This document shows positions 54,676-64,000 of a DNA stretch of 64,000 bases, one piece after another. The notes beneath the pieces are model-generated. The model saw only the letters and a list, made by a program, of their open reading frames with translations, searched no databases and was not told the origin of the DNA. Positions within the stretch are counted from its first letter, which is position 1; each line of letters starts with the position of its first letter. Source of the DNA: an uncultured Actinomycetota bacterium (GTDB lineage: Bacteria; Actinomycetota; Actinomycetes; JAHEKZ01); assembly GCA_963743915.1 (NCBI GenBank), contig CAVURN010000001.1:96001-160000 (forward strand), read 5' to 3'. A program made the translations under genes and the position numbers.

Positions 54676-55602
54676 TCAGTGGGCCTCCTGGGCTCGCTCC
54701 TCCAGCTCGAGGTCGACGGTGCGGCGACCCCGGCGGACGGCGATGACCGTGTCCACCGCGAGCACAGCCAGGGCCGACCACACCAGCGCGAAGCCGGCCC
54801 AGCGGGATGCGGGCATCGGCTCGTCGTAGACCAGGACGCCGATGAGGAACTGCAGCACCGGCGCCGTGTACTGGAGCAGGCCGATCCACGTGAGCGGAAT
54901 CCGCGTCGCGGCCGCTCCGAACATCAGCAGGGGGATCGCCGTGATCACCCCGAGAGCCGCCAGCAGGGCGACCATGCCCGGCCCCTCCGTCTGCATGGCG
55001 CTGCTTCCGTTCACCATCAGGACCGCCAGGTAGGTCGCGGCGAAGGGCGTGAGGATCGCGGTCTCGGCGGACAGACTCTCGACCGCTCCCATGTCGAGTG
55101 TCTTCTTCAGCAGCCCGTACGTTCCGAAGCTGATCGCCAGGGTGAGCGCGATCCAGGGCAGCCCGCCGTAGTCGATGGTCAGCACCACCACCGCGACCGC
55201 ACCCAGCGCCACCGCGGCCCACTGCCAGCGGCGAAGGCGCTCACCGAGCAGGGCCACGCCGAACAGGACGCTGACCAGGGGGTTGATGAAGTAGCCCAGG
55301 GAGGTCTGCACGACCTGGTCGCTGTTGACGCCGTAGATGTAGACACCCCAGTTCAGGGCGATCGTGACGGCGGCAGCGGGGAGCAGCCACATCCGCCGTC
55401 GATCCCGCAGCAGTGGCCGGATCCACGACCACTTCCCCAGGACGGTGAGAACCACCAGCAGCACGAGCAGGGACCAGACGATCCGGTGGGCGAGGATCTC
55501 CAGGGGTGTCGTGGGCTCGAGGAGCGGGAAGTAGAGGGGGAAGACGCCCCACAGGAGGTAGGCCCCGAGTCCGTAGACCAGCCCCTGACGCCGCGTCGAC
55601 AC
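54676..55602 (-). CDS. rarD: EamA family transporter RarD
   Basis: YLLWG, EILAHRIVWS, SLGYFINPL, GLLQY. Confidence 0.9.
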   Translation of the reverse strand: MSTRRQGLVYGLGAYLLWGVFPLYFPLLEPTTPLEILAHRIVWSLLVLLVVLTVLGKWSWIRPLLRDRRRMWLLPAAAVTIALNWGVYIYGVNSDQVVQTSLGYFINPLVSVLFGVALLGERLRRWQWAAVALGAVAVVVLTIDYGGLPWIALTLAISFGTYGLLKKTLDMGAVESLSAETAILTPFAATYLAVLMVNGSSAMQTEGPGMVALLAALGVITAIPLLMFGAAATRIPLTWIGLLQYTAPVLQFLIGVLVYDEPMPASRWAGFALVWSALAVLAVDTVIAVRRGRRTVDLELEERAQEAH

Positions 55603-55631
55603 CCCGTCATCCTGTCACCGGGGTGGAACGG

Positions 55632-56744
55632 TCAGGCCGTGACGGTCCAGGTGTCGTTGCCGGCGAGCAGGCCGGCCAGCGCCTCGCGGTCGCCCGCCCC
55701 CTCCTCGTCGGTGGCGGCCGCGATCTGCTCGTGGAGCAGGTCGTCGTAGGTGGCCCGGTGCACGTCGCGGTAGACGCCGATCGCGGTGGTCCGCAGCGAC
55801 GTCGGGTCGGCCAGGCGCGACAGCGCGAAGGCGACCTCCGGGTTGGGTGCGTGTGCGTCGTGCACCAGCAGCCGCTTCGTGCCGTGCTCGGCTGCATCCA
55901 CGACGCGCAGCGTGCCGTCGGCCATGCGAGCCACCCCGTGCTGGCCCTCGGCCCCGAAGCGCACCGGCTCACCGTGCTCGAGGCGGATCAGCGCATCGTC
56001 CCGGGTGTCTGGCGACTTCAGCAGCTCGAAGGCGCCGTCGTTGAAGATGTTGCAGTTCTGGTAGATCTCGACGAGCGCCGTGCCGCGGTGGTGTGCGGCG
56101 GCGCGCAGCACGCTGGTCAGGTGCTTGCGGTCGGAGTCGATGGTGCGGGCCACGAAGGACGCCTCGGCGCCGAGCGCGAGCGACACGGGGTTGAACGGGA
56201 TGTCCAGCGAGCCGAGGGGCGTGGACTTCGTGACCTTGCCCTGCTCGGAGGTGGGGGAGTACTGACCCTTGGTGAGGCCGTAGATCCGGTTGTTGAAGAG
56301 CAGGATCTTGAGGTTGACGTTGCGGCGGAGCGCGTGGATCAGGTGGTTGCCGCCGATGGACAGGGCGTCACCGTCGCCCGTCACGACCCATACGGACAGG
56401 TCGGGACGCGAGATGGCCAGTCCGGTCGCGATCGTCGGCGCCCGTCCGTGGATTGAGTGCATGCCGTACGTGTTCATGTAGTACGGGAAGCGTGAGGAGC
56501 AGCCGATGCCCGACACGAACACGATGTTCTCGCGTCTGAGCTCCAGCTCGGGCAGGAACGACTGCACCGCGGCGAGGACGGCGTAGTCTCCGCACCCAGG
56601 ACACCAGCGGACCTCTTGGTCGGTCTTGAAGTCCTTCGCCGACTGGGGTGCCTCTGCCTTGGGGATGCCTGCGAGCGGATCGACGTGCGAGTCCTTGCGG
56701 GCGGCTGCGGCGACCAAGCCGAAACCGGGGGCGGGGCTATTCAT
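55632..56744 (-). CDS. korB: 2-oxoacid:ferredoxin oxidoreductase beta subunit
   Basis: WCPGCGD, SGIGCS, HGRA, GDGD, NNRIYGLTKGQ. Confidence 0.93.
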   Translation of the reverse strand: MNSPAPGFGLVAAAARKDSHVDPLAGIPKAEAPQSAKDFKTDQEVRWCPGCGDYAVLAAVQSFLPELELRRENIVFVSGIGCSSRFPYYMNTYGMHSIHGRAPTIATGLAISRPDLSVWVVTGDGDALSIGGNHLIHALRRNVNLKILLFNNRIYGLTKGQYSPTSEQGKVTKSTPLGSLDIPFNPVSLALGAEASFVARTIDSDRKHLTSVLRAAAHHRGTALVEIYQNCNIFNDGAFELLKSPDTRDDALIRLEHGEPVRFGAEGQHGVARMADGTLRVVDAAEHGTKRLLVHDAHAPNPEVAFALSRLADPTSLRTTAIGVYRDVHRATYDDLLHEQIAAATDEEGAGDREALAGLLAGNDTWTVTA

Positions 56745-58599
56745 CGTTGGCGACCTCCTGGATCACCGAGGCCAGCTCTGCGGCCTTGAACGGCAGGCCC
56801 CGCACCTGGGTGTACGACACGACGTCGACGAGGAACTTCCCCCGGAGCAGCAGCGCCAGCTGACCGAGGTTCATCTCGGGCAGCAGCACCTTGCGGTAGC
56901 CGTGGAGCACCTGCTCGGTGTTCTCGGGCATGGGGTTGAGGTGGCGGAAGTGCGCCTGGGCCACGTGCAGCCCGGCGTCACGGCAGCGGCGCACCGCTGC
57001 CCCGATGGGTCCGTACGTGGACCCCCACCCGAGCACCAGGATGTCCGCGTCGCCGTCCGGGTCGTCGACCTCGAGGGGCGGGATCGACGCGGTGATGCGG
57101 TCGACCTTGGCCTGGCGGGTTCGCACCATGAGGTCGTGGTTGGCCGGGTCGTACGAGACGTTCCCGCTGCCGTCCTGCTTCTCGAGGCCGCCGATGCGGT
57201 GCTCGAGACCAGGTGTGCCCGGAGCTGCCCAGGCGCGGGCCAACGTGGTGGCGTCCCGCAGGTAGGGCCAGAACTCGGCGTCCCCGGCGTCGGTGGTGTG
57301 GTTGGGCTCCGTGGCGAAGCCGGGGTCGATCTCCGGCAGCGTGTCGAGGTCGGGGAGCCGCCAGGGCTCCGACCCGTTCGCCAGGTACCCGTCGGACAGC
57401 AGGATCACCGGGGTGCGGTACACGATCGCGATGCGCGTGGCCTCGATGGCGGCGTCGAAGCAGTCGCTGGGCGAGCGCGGCGCGATCAGCGGCACCGGCG
57501 CCTCACCGTTGCGCCCGAACATGGCCTGCAGCAGGTCGGACTGCTCGGTCTTCGTGGGGAGCCCCGTGGAGGGTCCACCGCGCTGGATGTCGCAGATGAC
57601 CAGGGGGAGCTCGAGGGAGACCGCCAGCCCGATCGTCTCGCTCTTGAGGGCCAGGCCGGGGCCCGACGTCGTGGTGACGCCGAGGTGCCCGCCGAAGGCC
57701 GCGCCCAGGGCCGCACCGATGCCGGCGATCTCGTCCTCCGCCTGGAAGGTGCGGACGCCGAACCGCTTGTGCTTGCTCAGCTCGTGCAGGATGTCGGACG
57801 CCGGGGTGATCGGGTAGGAACCCAGGAAGAGGGGCAGCCCGGACCGCCAGGACGCCACCAGCAGTCCGTACGAGAGGGCCAGGTTGCCGCTCACGTTGCG
57901 GTAGCGGCCTGCCTTCACCGGCGCCGGCTTGATCTCGTAGGAGACCGAGAAGTCCTCGGTGGTCTCCCCGAAGCTCCATCCGGCCTCGAAGGCGATGGTG
58001 TTCGCCTTGAGCAGCTCGGGCTTGCTGGCGAACTTCTTCTGCAGGAAGGCGAGCGTCCCCTCGGTCGGCCGGTGGTAGAGCCAGCACAGCAGCCCGAGGG
58101 CGAACATGTTCTTCGCCCGTTCGGCCTCCTTGCGCGAGACGTCGACGCCCTTGAGCGCCTCGACCGTCATCGACGTGAGGGGGATGGCGTGGACGCGATA
58201 CGCCTCGAGCTCGCCGGTGTCGAGCGGGCTCTCGGTGTATCCCACCCGTTGCAGGTTCCGCTTGCCGAACTCGTCGGTGTTGACGATGAGGTCCGAGCCC
58301 CGGGGCAGGTCGGCGAGGTTGGCCTTCAGGGCGGCCGGATTCATGGCGACGAGCACGTTGGGCGCGTCCCCCGGCGTCATGATGTCGTGGTCGGCGAAGT
58401 GCAGCTGGAACGCCGACACGCCGGGCAGCGTCCCGGCGGGGGCCCGAATCTCGGCGGGGAAGTCCGGCAGCGTGGCGAGGTCGTTGCCGAGCAGCGCCGT
58501 CTCGCTGGTGAACCGGTCACCGGTCAGCTGCATGCCGTCGCCGGAGTCGCCGGCGAACCGGATGATCACGCGATCGAGCTGCACCACTTGCTTGCTCAC
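56737..58599 (-). CDS. korA: 2-oxoacid:ferredoxin oxidoreductase alpha subunit
   Basis: FAGDSGDGMQ, YPITPAS, QAEDEI, TSGPG, RGGPSTGLPT. Confidence 0.93.
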   Translation of the reverse strand: MSKQVVQLDRVIIRFAGDSGDGMQLTGDRFTSETALLGNDLATLPDFPAEIRAPAGTLPGVSAFQLHFADHDIMTPGDAPNVLVAMNPAALKANLADLPRGSDLIVNTDEFGKRNLQRVGYTESPLDTGELEAYRVHAIPLTSMTVEALKGVDVSRKEAERAKNMFALGLLCWLYHRPTEGTLAFLQKKFASKPELLKANTIAFEAGWSFGETTEDFSVSYEIKPAPVKAGRYRNVSGNLALSYGLLVASWRSGLPLFLGSYPITPASDILHELSKHKRFGVRTFQAEDEIAGIGAALGAAFGGHLGVTTTSGPGLALKSETIGLAVSLELPLVICDIQRGGPSTGLPTKTEQSDLLQAMFGRNGEAPVPLIAPRSPSDCFDAAIEATRIAIVYRTPVILLSDGYLANGSEPWRLPDLDTLPEIDPGFATEPNHTTDAGDAEFWPYLRDATTLARAWAAPGTPGLEHRIGGLEKQDGSGNVSYDPANHDLMVRTRQAKVDRITASIPPLEVDDPDGDADILVLGWGSTYGPIGAAVRRCRDAGLHVAQAHFRHLNPMPENTEQVLHGYRKVLLPEMNLGQLALLLRGKFLVDVVSYTQVRGLPFKAAELASVIQEVANDE

Positions 58600-58709
58600 G
58601 GTCCGATGCTACGTCCGCGCGTCCCCCTACGATGGGACCCCGGGTGGCTGGGCGGAGCCAGCGGCCCTTTCGGTCCGGTTGCGGCCGGATCTCGAGCCTG
58701 GGGAGGGCC

Positions 58710-59081
58710 GTGGAGGGCTACCTGGACGGCTACGCGGTCGTGGCCGCAGCCATCGGGCTCGGAATCGCCTTCGTGGTGGCCGGTCTGACGGCCAACCGGC
58801 TGCTGCGGCCGGATGTCCCGTCGGCCGAGAAGTCCACCACCTACGAGTGCGGGATCGACCCGGTGGGTGAGGGCTGGGCCCAGACGAACGTCCGGTACTA
58901 CGTCTTCGTCTACCTCTACGTGATCTTCGCGGTCGACGCCGTCTACCTCTTCCCGTGGGCCACGGTCTTCGACGCGCCGGGCTACGGCGTCGTGACGCTG
59001 GTCGAGATGGTGCTGTTCATCGGGTTCCTCGCCACCGGCATCCTCTACGCGTGGCGACGCGGCGTCCTGCGGTGGGTGTGA
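58710..59081 (+). CDS. nuoA: Complex I-like subunit A (second cluster)
   Basis: [19 protein letters not shown]; GGAGG before GTG 58710. Confidence 0.92.
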   Translation: MEGYLDGYAVVAAAIGLGIAFVVAGLTANRLLRPDVPSAEKSTTYECGIDPVGEGWAQTNVRYYVFVYLYVIFAVDAVYLFPWATVFDAPGYGVVTLVEMVLFIGFLATGILYAWRRGVLRWV

Positions 59082-59082
59082 C

Positions 59083-59628
59083 GTGACCGCCGTCGACCTG
59101 CCGAACCCTCGCCTCGGGATGCTCTCCTCGCTCGCCCCCAAGCCGGTCCGCCTCGTGCTCAACTGGGGCCGGCGCTACAGCCTCTGGGTGTTCAACTTCG
59201 GCCTGGCCTGCTGTGCGATCGAGTTCATCGCGACCTCGATGAGCCGCTACGACTTCATTCGGCTCGGCGTCATCCCCTTCGCCCCGAGCCCGCGACAGGC
59301 TGACCTCATGGTCGTCTCCGGCACCGTGACCGACAAGATGGCGCCGGCGATCCGGCGCCTCTACGACCAGATGCCAGAACCCAAGTACGTCATCTCGTTC
59401 GGAGCCTGCTCGAACTGCGGTGGTCCCTACTGGGACAGCTACTCGGTCACCAAGGGGGTCGACCAGATCATCCCGGTGGACGTCTACGTGCCTGGCTGCC
59501 CGCCGCGTCCAGAGGCGCTGCTCCAGGGGATCCTCAAGCTGCAGGAGAAGATCGCCGCAGAGGACGTGCGTGAGCGGTACCGCCCCTCACCTTCGGCGTT
59601 GACCCGGCCCCTGGTGGGACGCGCATGA
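59083..59628 (+). CDS. nuoB: Complex I-like subunit B (second cluster)
   Basis: [22 protein letters not shown]. Confidence 0.94.
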   Translation: MTAVDLPNPRLGMLSSLAPKPVRLVLNWGRRYSLWVFNFGLACCAIEFIATSMSRYDFIRLGVIPFAPSPRQADLMVVSGTVTDKMAPAIRRLYDQMPEPKYVISFGACSNCGGPYWDSYSVTKGVDQIIPVDVYVPGCPPRPEALLQGILKLQEKIAAEDVRERYRPSPSALTRPLVGRA

Positions 59629-60212
59629 CCGCTGGCTGGGACCTCGACGCTCTCGAGTCCGCACTCGCCGCTTCCGGGATCGAGGCCGTCGTGACCGAGG
59701 CGTTCGACGACGTCACGGTCGCCGTCGGCGCGGCGGACTGGGTCCGGTGCCTCACTGCCCTGCGGGACGACCACGGATTGGGCTACTTCGACTGGCTGTC
59801 GGCTGTCGACGAGGGCGACGACGGCTTCTCCATCTTCTGCCACCTCTATGACCCTCAGGCGCATCGTCACCTGCTGGCGAGCACGCGCACCCCCCGTGCC
59901 GTGCCGGCGCTGCCCACGGCCACGGGTGTGTTCCGCGGTGCAGCCTGGCATGAGCGTGAGACGCACGAGATGTTCGGCATCGACTTCCCCGGGCACCCGT
60001 ACCTGGCCCCGTTGCTGCTGTCCGACGGGTTCGAGGGACATCCGCTGCGCAAGGACTTCGTCCTGACGGCACGGGTCTCCAAGTCGTGGCCGGGCGCGAA
60101 GGAACCGGGCGAGTCCAGCCACGAGGGCGCGCCCAGCCGGCGGAAGATGCAGCCGCCCGGCGTGCCCGACCCCTCGTGGGGTCCTCACGAGCCGGCGGTC
60201 GACGATGCCTGA
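59625..60212 (+). CDS. nuoC: Complex I-like subunit C (second cluster)
   Basis: [20 protein letters not shown]. Confidence 0.92.
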   Translation: MTAGWDLDALESALAASGIEAVVTEAFDDVTVAVGAADWVRCLTALRDDHGLGYFDWLSAVDEGDDGFSIFCHLYDPQAHRHLLASTRTPRAVPALPTATGVFRGAAWHERETHEMFGIDFPGHPYLAPLLLSDGFEGHPLRKDFVLTARVSKSWPGAKEPGESSHEGAPSRRKMQPPGVPDPSWGPHEPAVDDA

Positions 60213-61155
60213 GCTGCTCGAGGTCGCGCTGCGGCTGCTGGTGGTGCTGGTCGCCTTCCTCACGCTGCCGCTGCTCGTCGGCCAGCTCGAGCACAAGGTC
60301 ATGGCCCACATGCAGGCACGGATGGGCCCCATGTACGCGGGCGGCTTTCACGGCTGGGCCCAGCTGGTCGCCGACGGCGTCAAGTTCGCACAGAAGGAGG
60401 ACATCGTCCCGGCCGCGGCCGACGCCACCGTCTACCGGCTCGCCCCGGCCTTCGCCCTGATCCCGTACCTGGTCGTGCTCGTCGCGATCCCCGTCGGTCC
60501 CGGGCTCGTGGGGCAGGACCTCGATGCAGGCGTCTTCTTCGTGCTCGCGGTGATGGGCGTCGGGGTGATCGGCACCCTGATGGCCGGGTGGGCCAGCGCC
60601 AACAAGTACTCGCTGCTCGGGGCCGTGCGCCAGGTGTCGCAGCTTCTGGCCTACGAGCTGCCCTTCGTGCTCGCGGCTGCCTCGGTGGTGATGGCCGCCG
60701 GCTCGCTCGCCTTCACCGACATCGTCGACGCATGGCAGCCGTGGTGGCTGGTCTGGCAGCTGCCCGGCGCGGTGGTCTTCTTCGTCGCCGGTCTCGCCGA
60801 GCTCAACCGGCCACCGTTCGACATGCCGGTGGCGGACGCCGAGATCATCTTCGGTCCGTACACCGAGTACACCGGGCTGCGCTTCGCGCTCTTCCTGTTG
60901 GCCGAGTACGCCGGGATCGTCGTGCTCTGCCTGCTCACCAGCGTCCTGTTCCTCGGCGGGTGGAACGGTCCGTTCGGTGACAGCTGGTTGTGGACGCTTG
61001 CCAAGGGAGGCGTCCTGGCCTTCGTCGTGGTCTGGCTGCGGGTCAGCTACCCGCGGCTGCGGGCCGACCAGCTGCAGAAGCTTGCCTGGCAGGTGCTCAT
61101 CCCGGTGGCCCTCGCCCAGCTGCTGCTCACGGGTGTGGTGACGGTGGCATGGTGA
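60205..61155 (+). CDS. nuoH: Complex I-like subunit H (second cluster)
   Basis: [35 protein letters not shown]. Confidence 0.93.
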   Translation: MPELLEVALRLLVVLVAFLTLPLLVGQLEHKVMAHMQARMGPMYAGGFHGWAQLVADGVKFAQKEDIVPAAADATVYRLAPAFALIPYLVVLVAIPVGPGLVGQDLDAGVFFVLAVMGVGVIGTLMAGWASANKYSLLGAVRQVSQLLAYELPFVLAAASVVMAAGSLAFTDIVDAWQPWWLVWQLPGAVVFFVAGLAELNRPPFDMPVADAEIIFGPYTEYTGLRFALFLLAEYAGIVVLCLLTSVLFLGGWNGPFGDSWLWTLAKGGVLAFVVVWLRVSYPRLRADQLQKLAWQVLIPVALAQLLLTGVVTVAW

Positions 61156-61694
61156 AGCGTGAGGGCGAGAAGGGGGTGGGCCTGTTCAAGGGCCTGGGCA
61201 TCACCCTGACCACCTTGACCCGGCGTTCGGTCACCCAGCAGTACCCCGACGTCAAGCCCGAGCTGCCTCCTCGCAGCCGAGGCGTCATCGCGTTGTTCGA
61301 GGAGAACTGCACCTCCTGCATGCTGTGTGCCCGAGAGTGCCCTGACTGGTGCATCTACATCGACTCGCACAAAGAGGTCATCCCCGCTCCTGAGACGGGC
61401 GGACGTGAGCGCACCCGCAACGTCCTCGACCGCTTCGCGATCGACTTCTCGCTCTGCATGTACTGCGGCATCTGCATCGAGGTCTGTCCGTTCGACGCAC
61501 TCTTCTGGTCACCGGAGTTCGAGTACTCCGAGTTCGACATCCGTGACCTCACCCATGAGAAGGACCGCCTCGGTGCCTGGATGCAGACCGTGCCACCGCC
61601 TCCGGCGCTCGACCCGGCGGCCGCGGAGCCCAAGGAGCTGCTGAGCGCCCGCAAGAAGGCTGCACCTCCCGCAGCGCCCGAGGCCGACCAGTGA
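61149..61694 (+). CDS. nuoI: Complex I-like subunit I (second cluster)
   Basis: [12 protein letters not shown] and [12 protein letters not shown]. Confidence 0.93.
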   Translation: MVKREGEKGVGLFKGLGITLTTLTRRSVTQQYPDVKPELPPRSRGVIALFEENCTSCMLCARECPDWCIYIDSHKEVIPAPETGGRERTRNVLDRFAIDFSLCMYCGICIEVCPFDALFWSPEFEYSEFDIRDLTHEKDRLGAWMQTVPPPPALDPAAAEPKELLSARKKAAPPAAPEADQ

Positions 61695-62220
61695 GCGACC
61701 GCTCCCTGCTCTCCCCGACCGGCGTCGATGTCGTCCTGATCCTGCTCGGTCTGCTGGCGATCGCCTCGGCTCTGCTCGTGGTGACGACGAAGCAGATCGT
61801 GCACGCGGCCCTGTGGCTCGTCGTCTCCCTCGGTGCGGTTGCCGGCTGCTACCTGGTGATGTCTGCGGAGTTCGTCGCCTGGATGCAGGTGCTCATCTAC
61901 CTCGGCGCCGTCGTCGTGCTGCTGCTGTTCGGCCTGATGCTGACGCGCGCCCCCATCGGCCCGTCCGAGGACCTCACCGGCACGCAACCGCGTCGTCGGC
62001 CTGCTTGCCGGCGTCGCCACCACCGCGGTGCTCGTCGTGCTGCTGGTCGACGCGTTCGGCCGCACGATGGTCGACCTCGACGGCCCCGCGTCGACCGCGC
62101 TCGGTGATCGGTCAGGCGATGTTCCGCTACTGGGTGCTGCCCTTCGAGGCGCTGTCAGTGCTGCTGCTTGCCGCCCTGGTCGGGGCGATCGCCCTCTCCA
62201 AGCCGGACGAGGAGGCGTAG
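61691..62220 (+). CDS. nuoJ: Complex I-like subunit J (second cluster; frameshifted)
   Basis: [19 protein letters not shown]; C-terminal [17 protein letters not shown] in another frame. Confidence 0.88.
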
Positions 62221-62535
62221 TGCACCTCGTCATCCCTCTGGTGATCTCCGCAGCCCTCTTCGGGATCGGGGTCTACGGCCTGCTGGTCCGGCGTAACGCC
62301 ATCCTGGTGCTGATGGCCGTCGAGCTGATGCTCAACGCCGTCAACATCAGCCTGGTGGCGTTCGACGCGTACTGGGCCGAAGCGCTGCGGGCCGGGCAGT
62401 CGCTGACCATCTTCGTCATCACGATCGCAGCGGCCGAGATCGGGCTCGGACTGGCCATCGTGCTCATGCTCTACCGGATCGCGGCGCACGATCGCCGTCG
62501 ACGAGGCGACCGACCTGCGCGAGGTGGTCGAGTGA
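62220..62535 (+). CDS. nuoK: Complex I-like subunit K (second cluster; 3' frameshift)
   Basis: [27 protein letters not shown]. Confidence 0.88.
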
Positions 62536-64000
62536 GCACCGCCCTCGTCATGGTCGTCGTCCCCGCCGTTGCGTCGCTGCTGGCACTGCTGCTCGGCGGC
62601 TCGTCGCGTCGGGTCGCTGGCGTCGCTCGCAGTGGCGGGGCCGTTGGGTGCTCTTGTCGCTGGCGGTCGACCTGGCGTCGCGCAGTCCCTGGGACGTCCC
62701 GGTCACCGACGAGGGCTTCGTCGGGTGTGCTGCAGCCGTTCCCCGCGGCCACCGTGGTCGACGGACTCGCGGTCAGCGTGGCCCTCATGGTGGCGTTCGT
62801 GGCGACGTTGGTGCAGGTCTACTCGATCGGGTACATGCGGGACGAGCCGCGGTACGCCGAGCTACTCGGCCTTCATCTCGCTCTTCACGGCGGCCATGCT
62901 GGCGGTGGTCGTGGCAGGTGACCTGCTGCTGCTGGTCGTCGGCTGGGAGGTCATGGGCCTGTGCTCCTACCTGCTGATCGGCCAGCACTGGGAGCAGCAG
63001 GAGGCTCGACGTGCCGCCGTCAAGGCCTTCCTCGTCACGAAGGTCGGTGACATCGGGTTCATCGTCGGCATCGTCGTGCTGATCGGGGCCACCGGCTCGC
63101 TGCTGCTGCCGAACGCCATCCAGGCCGGCGCGGCCGACCCCACGGTGGCGATGGTGGTGTCGCCGCTGTTGCTGCTCGGTGTGCTGGGCAAGTCGGCACA
63201 GTTCCCGCTGCACGCGTGGCTGCCGGACGCGATGGCCGGTCCGTCCCCGGTCAGCGCCCTGATCCACGCGGCGACCATGGTGGCGGCGGGTGTGTACGTC
63301 GTGGCGCGGGTCTACCCGATCTTCCTGGCCGTTCCCGAGGTCCTCACCGTGATGGCGCTGATCGCGTGCGTGACGATGCTCGGTGCCGCCGTGCTCGCGG
63401 TGGTGCAGACCGAGCTGAAGCGGGTGCTGGCCTGGTCGACCGTCAGCCAGCTCGCCTACATGGTCGCGGCGCTGGCGGTCGGCTCGCGGGACGCCGCGGT
63501 CTTCCACCTGCTCACCCACGCCTTCTTCAAGGCACTGCTGTTCCTGTCGGCCGGCGCCGTCATCCACGCCGTGGGCAGCGGGCAGCTGCGCGACCTCGGC
63601 GGCCTGCGCCGGGCCATGCCGGTCACGTTCGCCACGATGTCGGTCGGTCTGCTCGCGCTCGTCGGTGTCTTCCCCCTCGCCGGCTTCTTCAGCAAGGAGT
63701 CGGTGCTGGTGGCGGCCGAGCACGCGGCGCAGGGGGACGCCGAGGTCGCGTCGTGGGTCGGTTGGCTCGTCCTGATGGTGGCCGCGGCGACCATCGCCGT
63801 CACTGCGGTCTACGCGATGCGGCTCTGGGTGCTCACGTGGGGTGGTCCCCGCTCGCGAGGCGCACGAGGCTCCCGCGATGATGACGGCACCACTGGTGCT
63901 GCTCGCCGTCCCTTCAGCCGCCTTCGGTGTGTTGGCCCTCGAGCGACTCGTGGCTCCCGACCTGGATCACCGCCGAGACGACGCAGCCGACAGGGTCGCC
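62532..64000 (+). CDS. nuoL: Complex I-like subunit L (second cluster; frameshifted, runs off window)
   Basis: Manual reading: [55 protein letters not shown]. Confidence 0.88.

Noticed and set aside
56626-58788. Long antisense ORFs such as the 720-aa ORF opposite korA, 50623-52542 and 21937-23661
   Set aside because: Shadow ORFs expected from high-GC codon bias; no recognisable motifs and they fully overlap well-supported genes
58710-64000. Membrane-bound [NiFe] hydrogenase or Mrp antiporter
   Set aside because: NuoB has the tandem CC motif of complex I, no large subunit with Ni-binding CxxC motifs is present, and the gene order is nuo-like

Overview
High-GC actinobacterial chromosomal segment, probably a long-read assembly since it has many scattered single-base frameshifts. 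It carries a respiration supercluster: cytochrome c maturation system II (resA-ccdA-resB-ccsB), the classical menaquinone pathway (menA, E, B, C, D, F, G, J and a polyprenyl synthase), a complete nuoA-N complex I operon behind a Rex-like operator, korAB, and a divergent second complex-I-like cluster that lacks nuoD/E/F/G. About 20 kb of accessory DNA sits between menD and menF. Most of it is a choline -> glycine betaine -> dimethylglycine catabolic island: betBA, a betaine-type ABC importer, a non-pyrrolysine MttB-family methyltransferase, a stand-alone corrinoid protein, a MetV-like Cys-rich protein, a pterin-binding methyltransferase, a DMG dehydrogenase with ETF, and IclR and GntR regulators. 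A P-type ATPase follows. Notable signals not in the ORF track: a 44-aa ORF followed by three hairpins with C-rich loops, a sharply bounded G/T-skewed codon tract in the corrinoid gene, and several REP/MITE-like palindromic spacers. No rRNA, tRNA, CRISPR array, transposase or phage genes were recognised. All product calls come from motif recognition and synteny; no database search was run.
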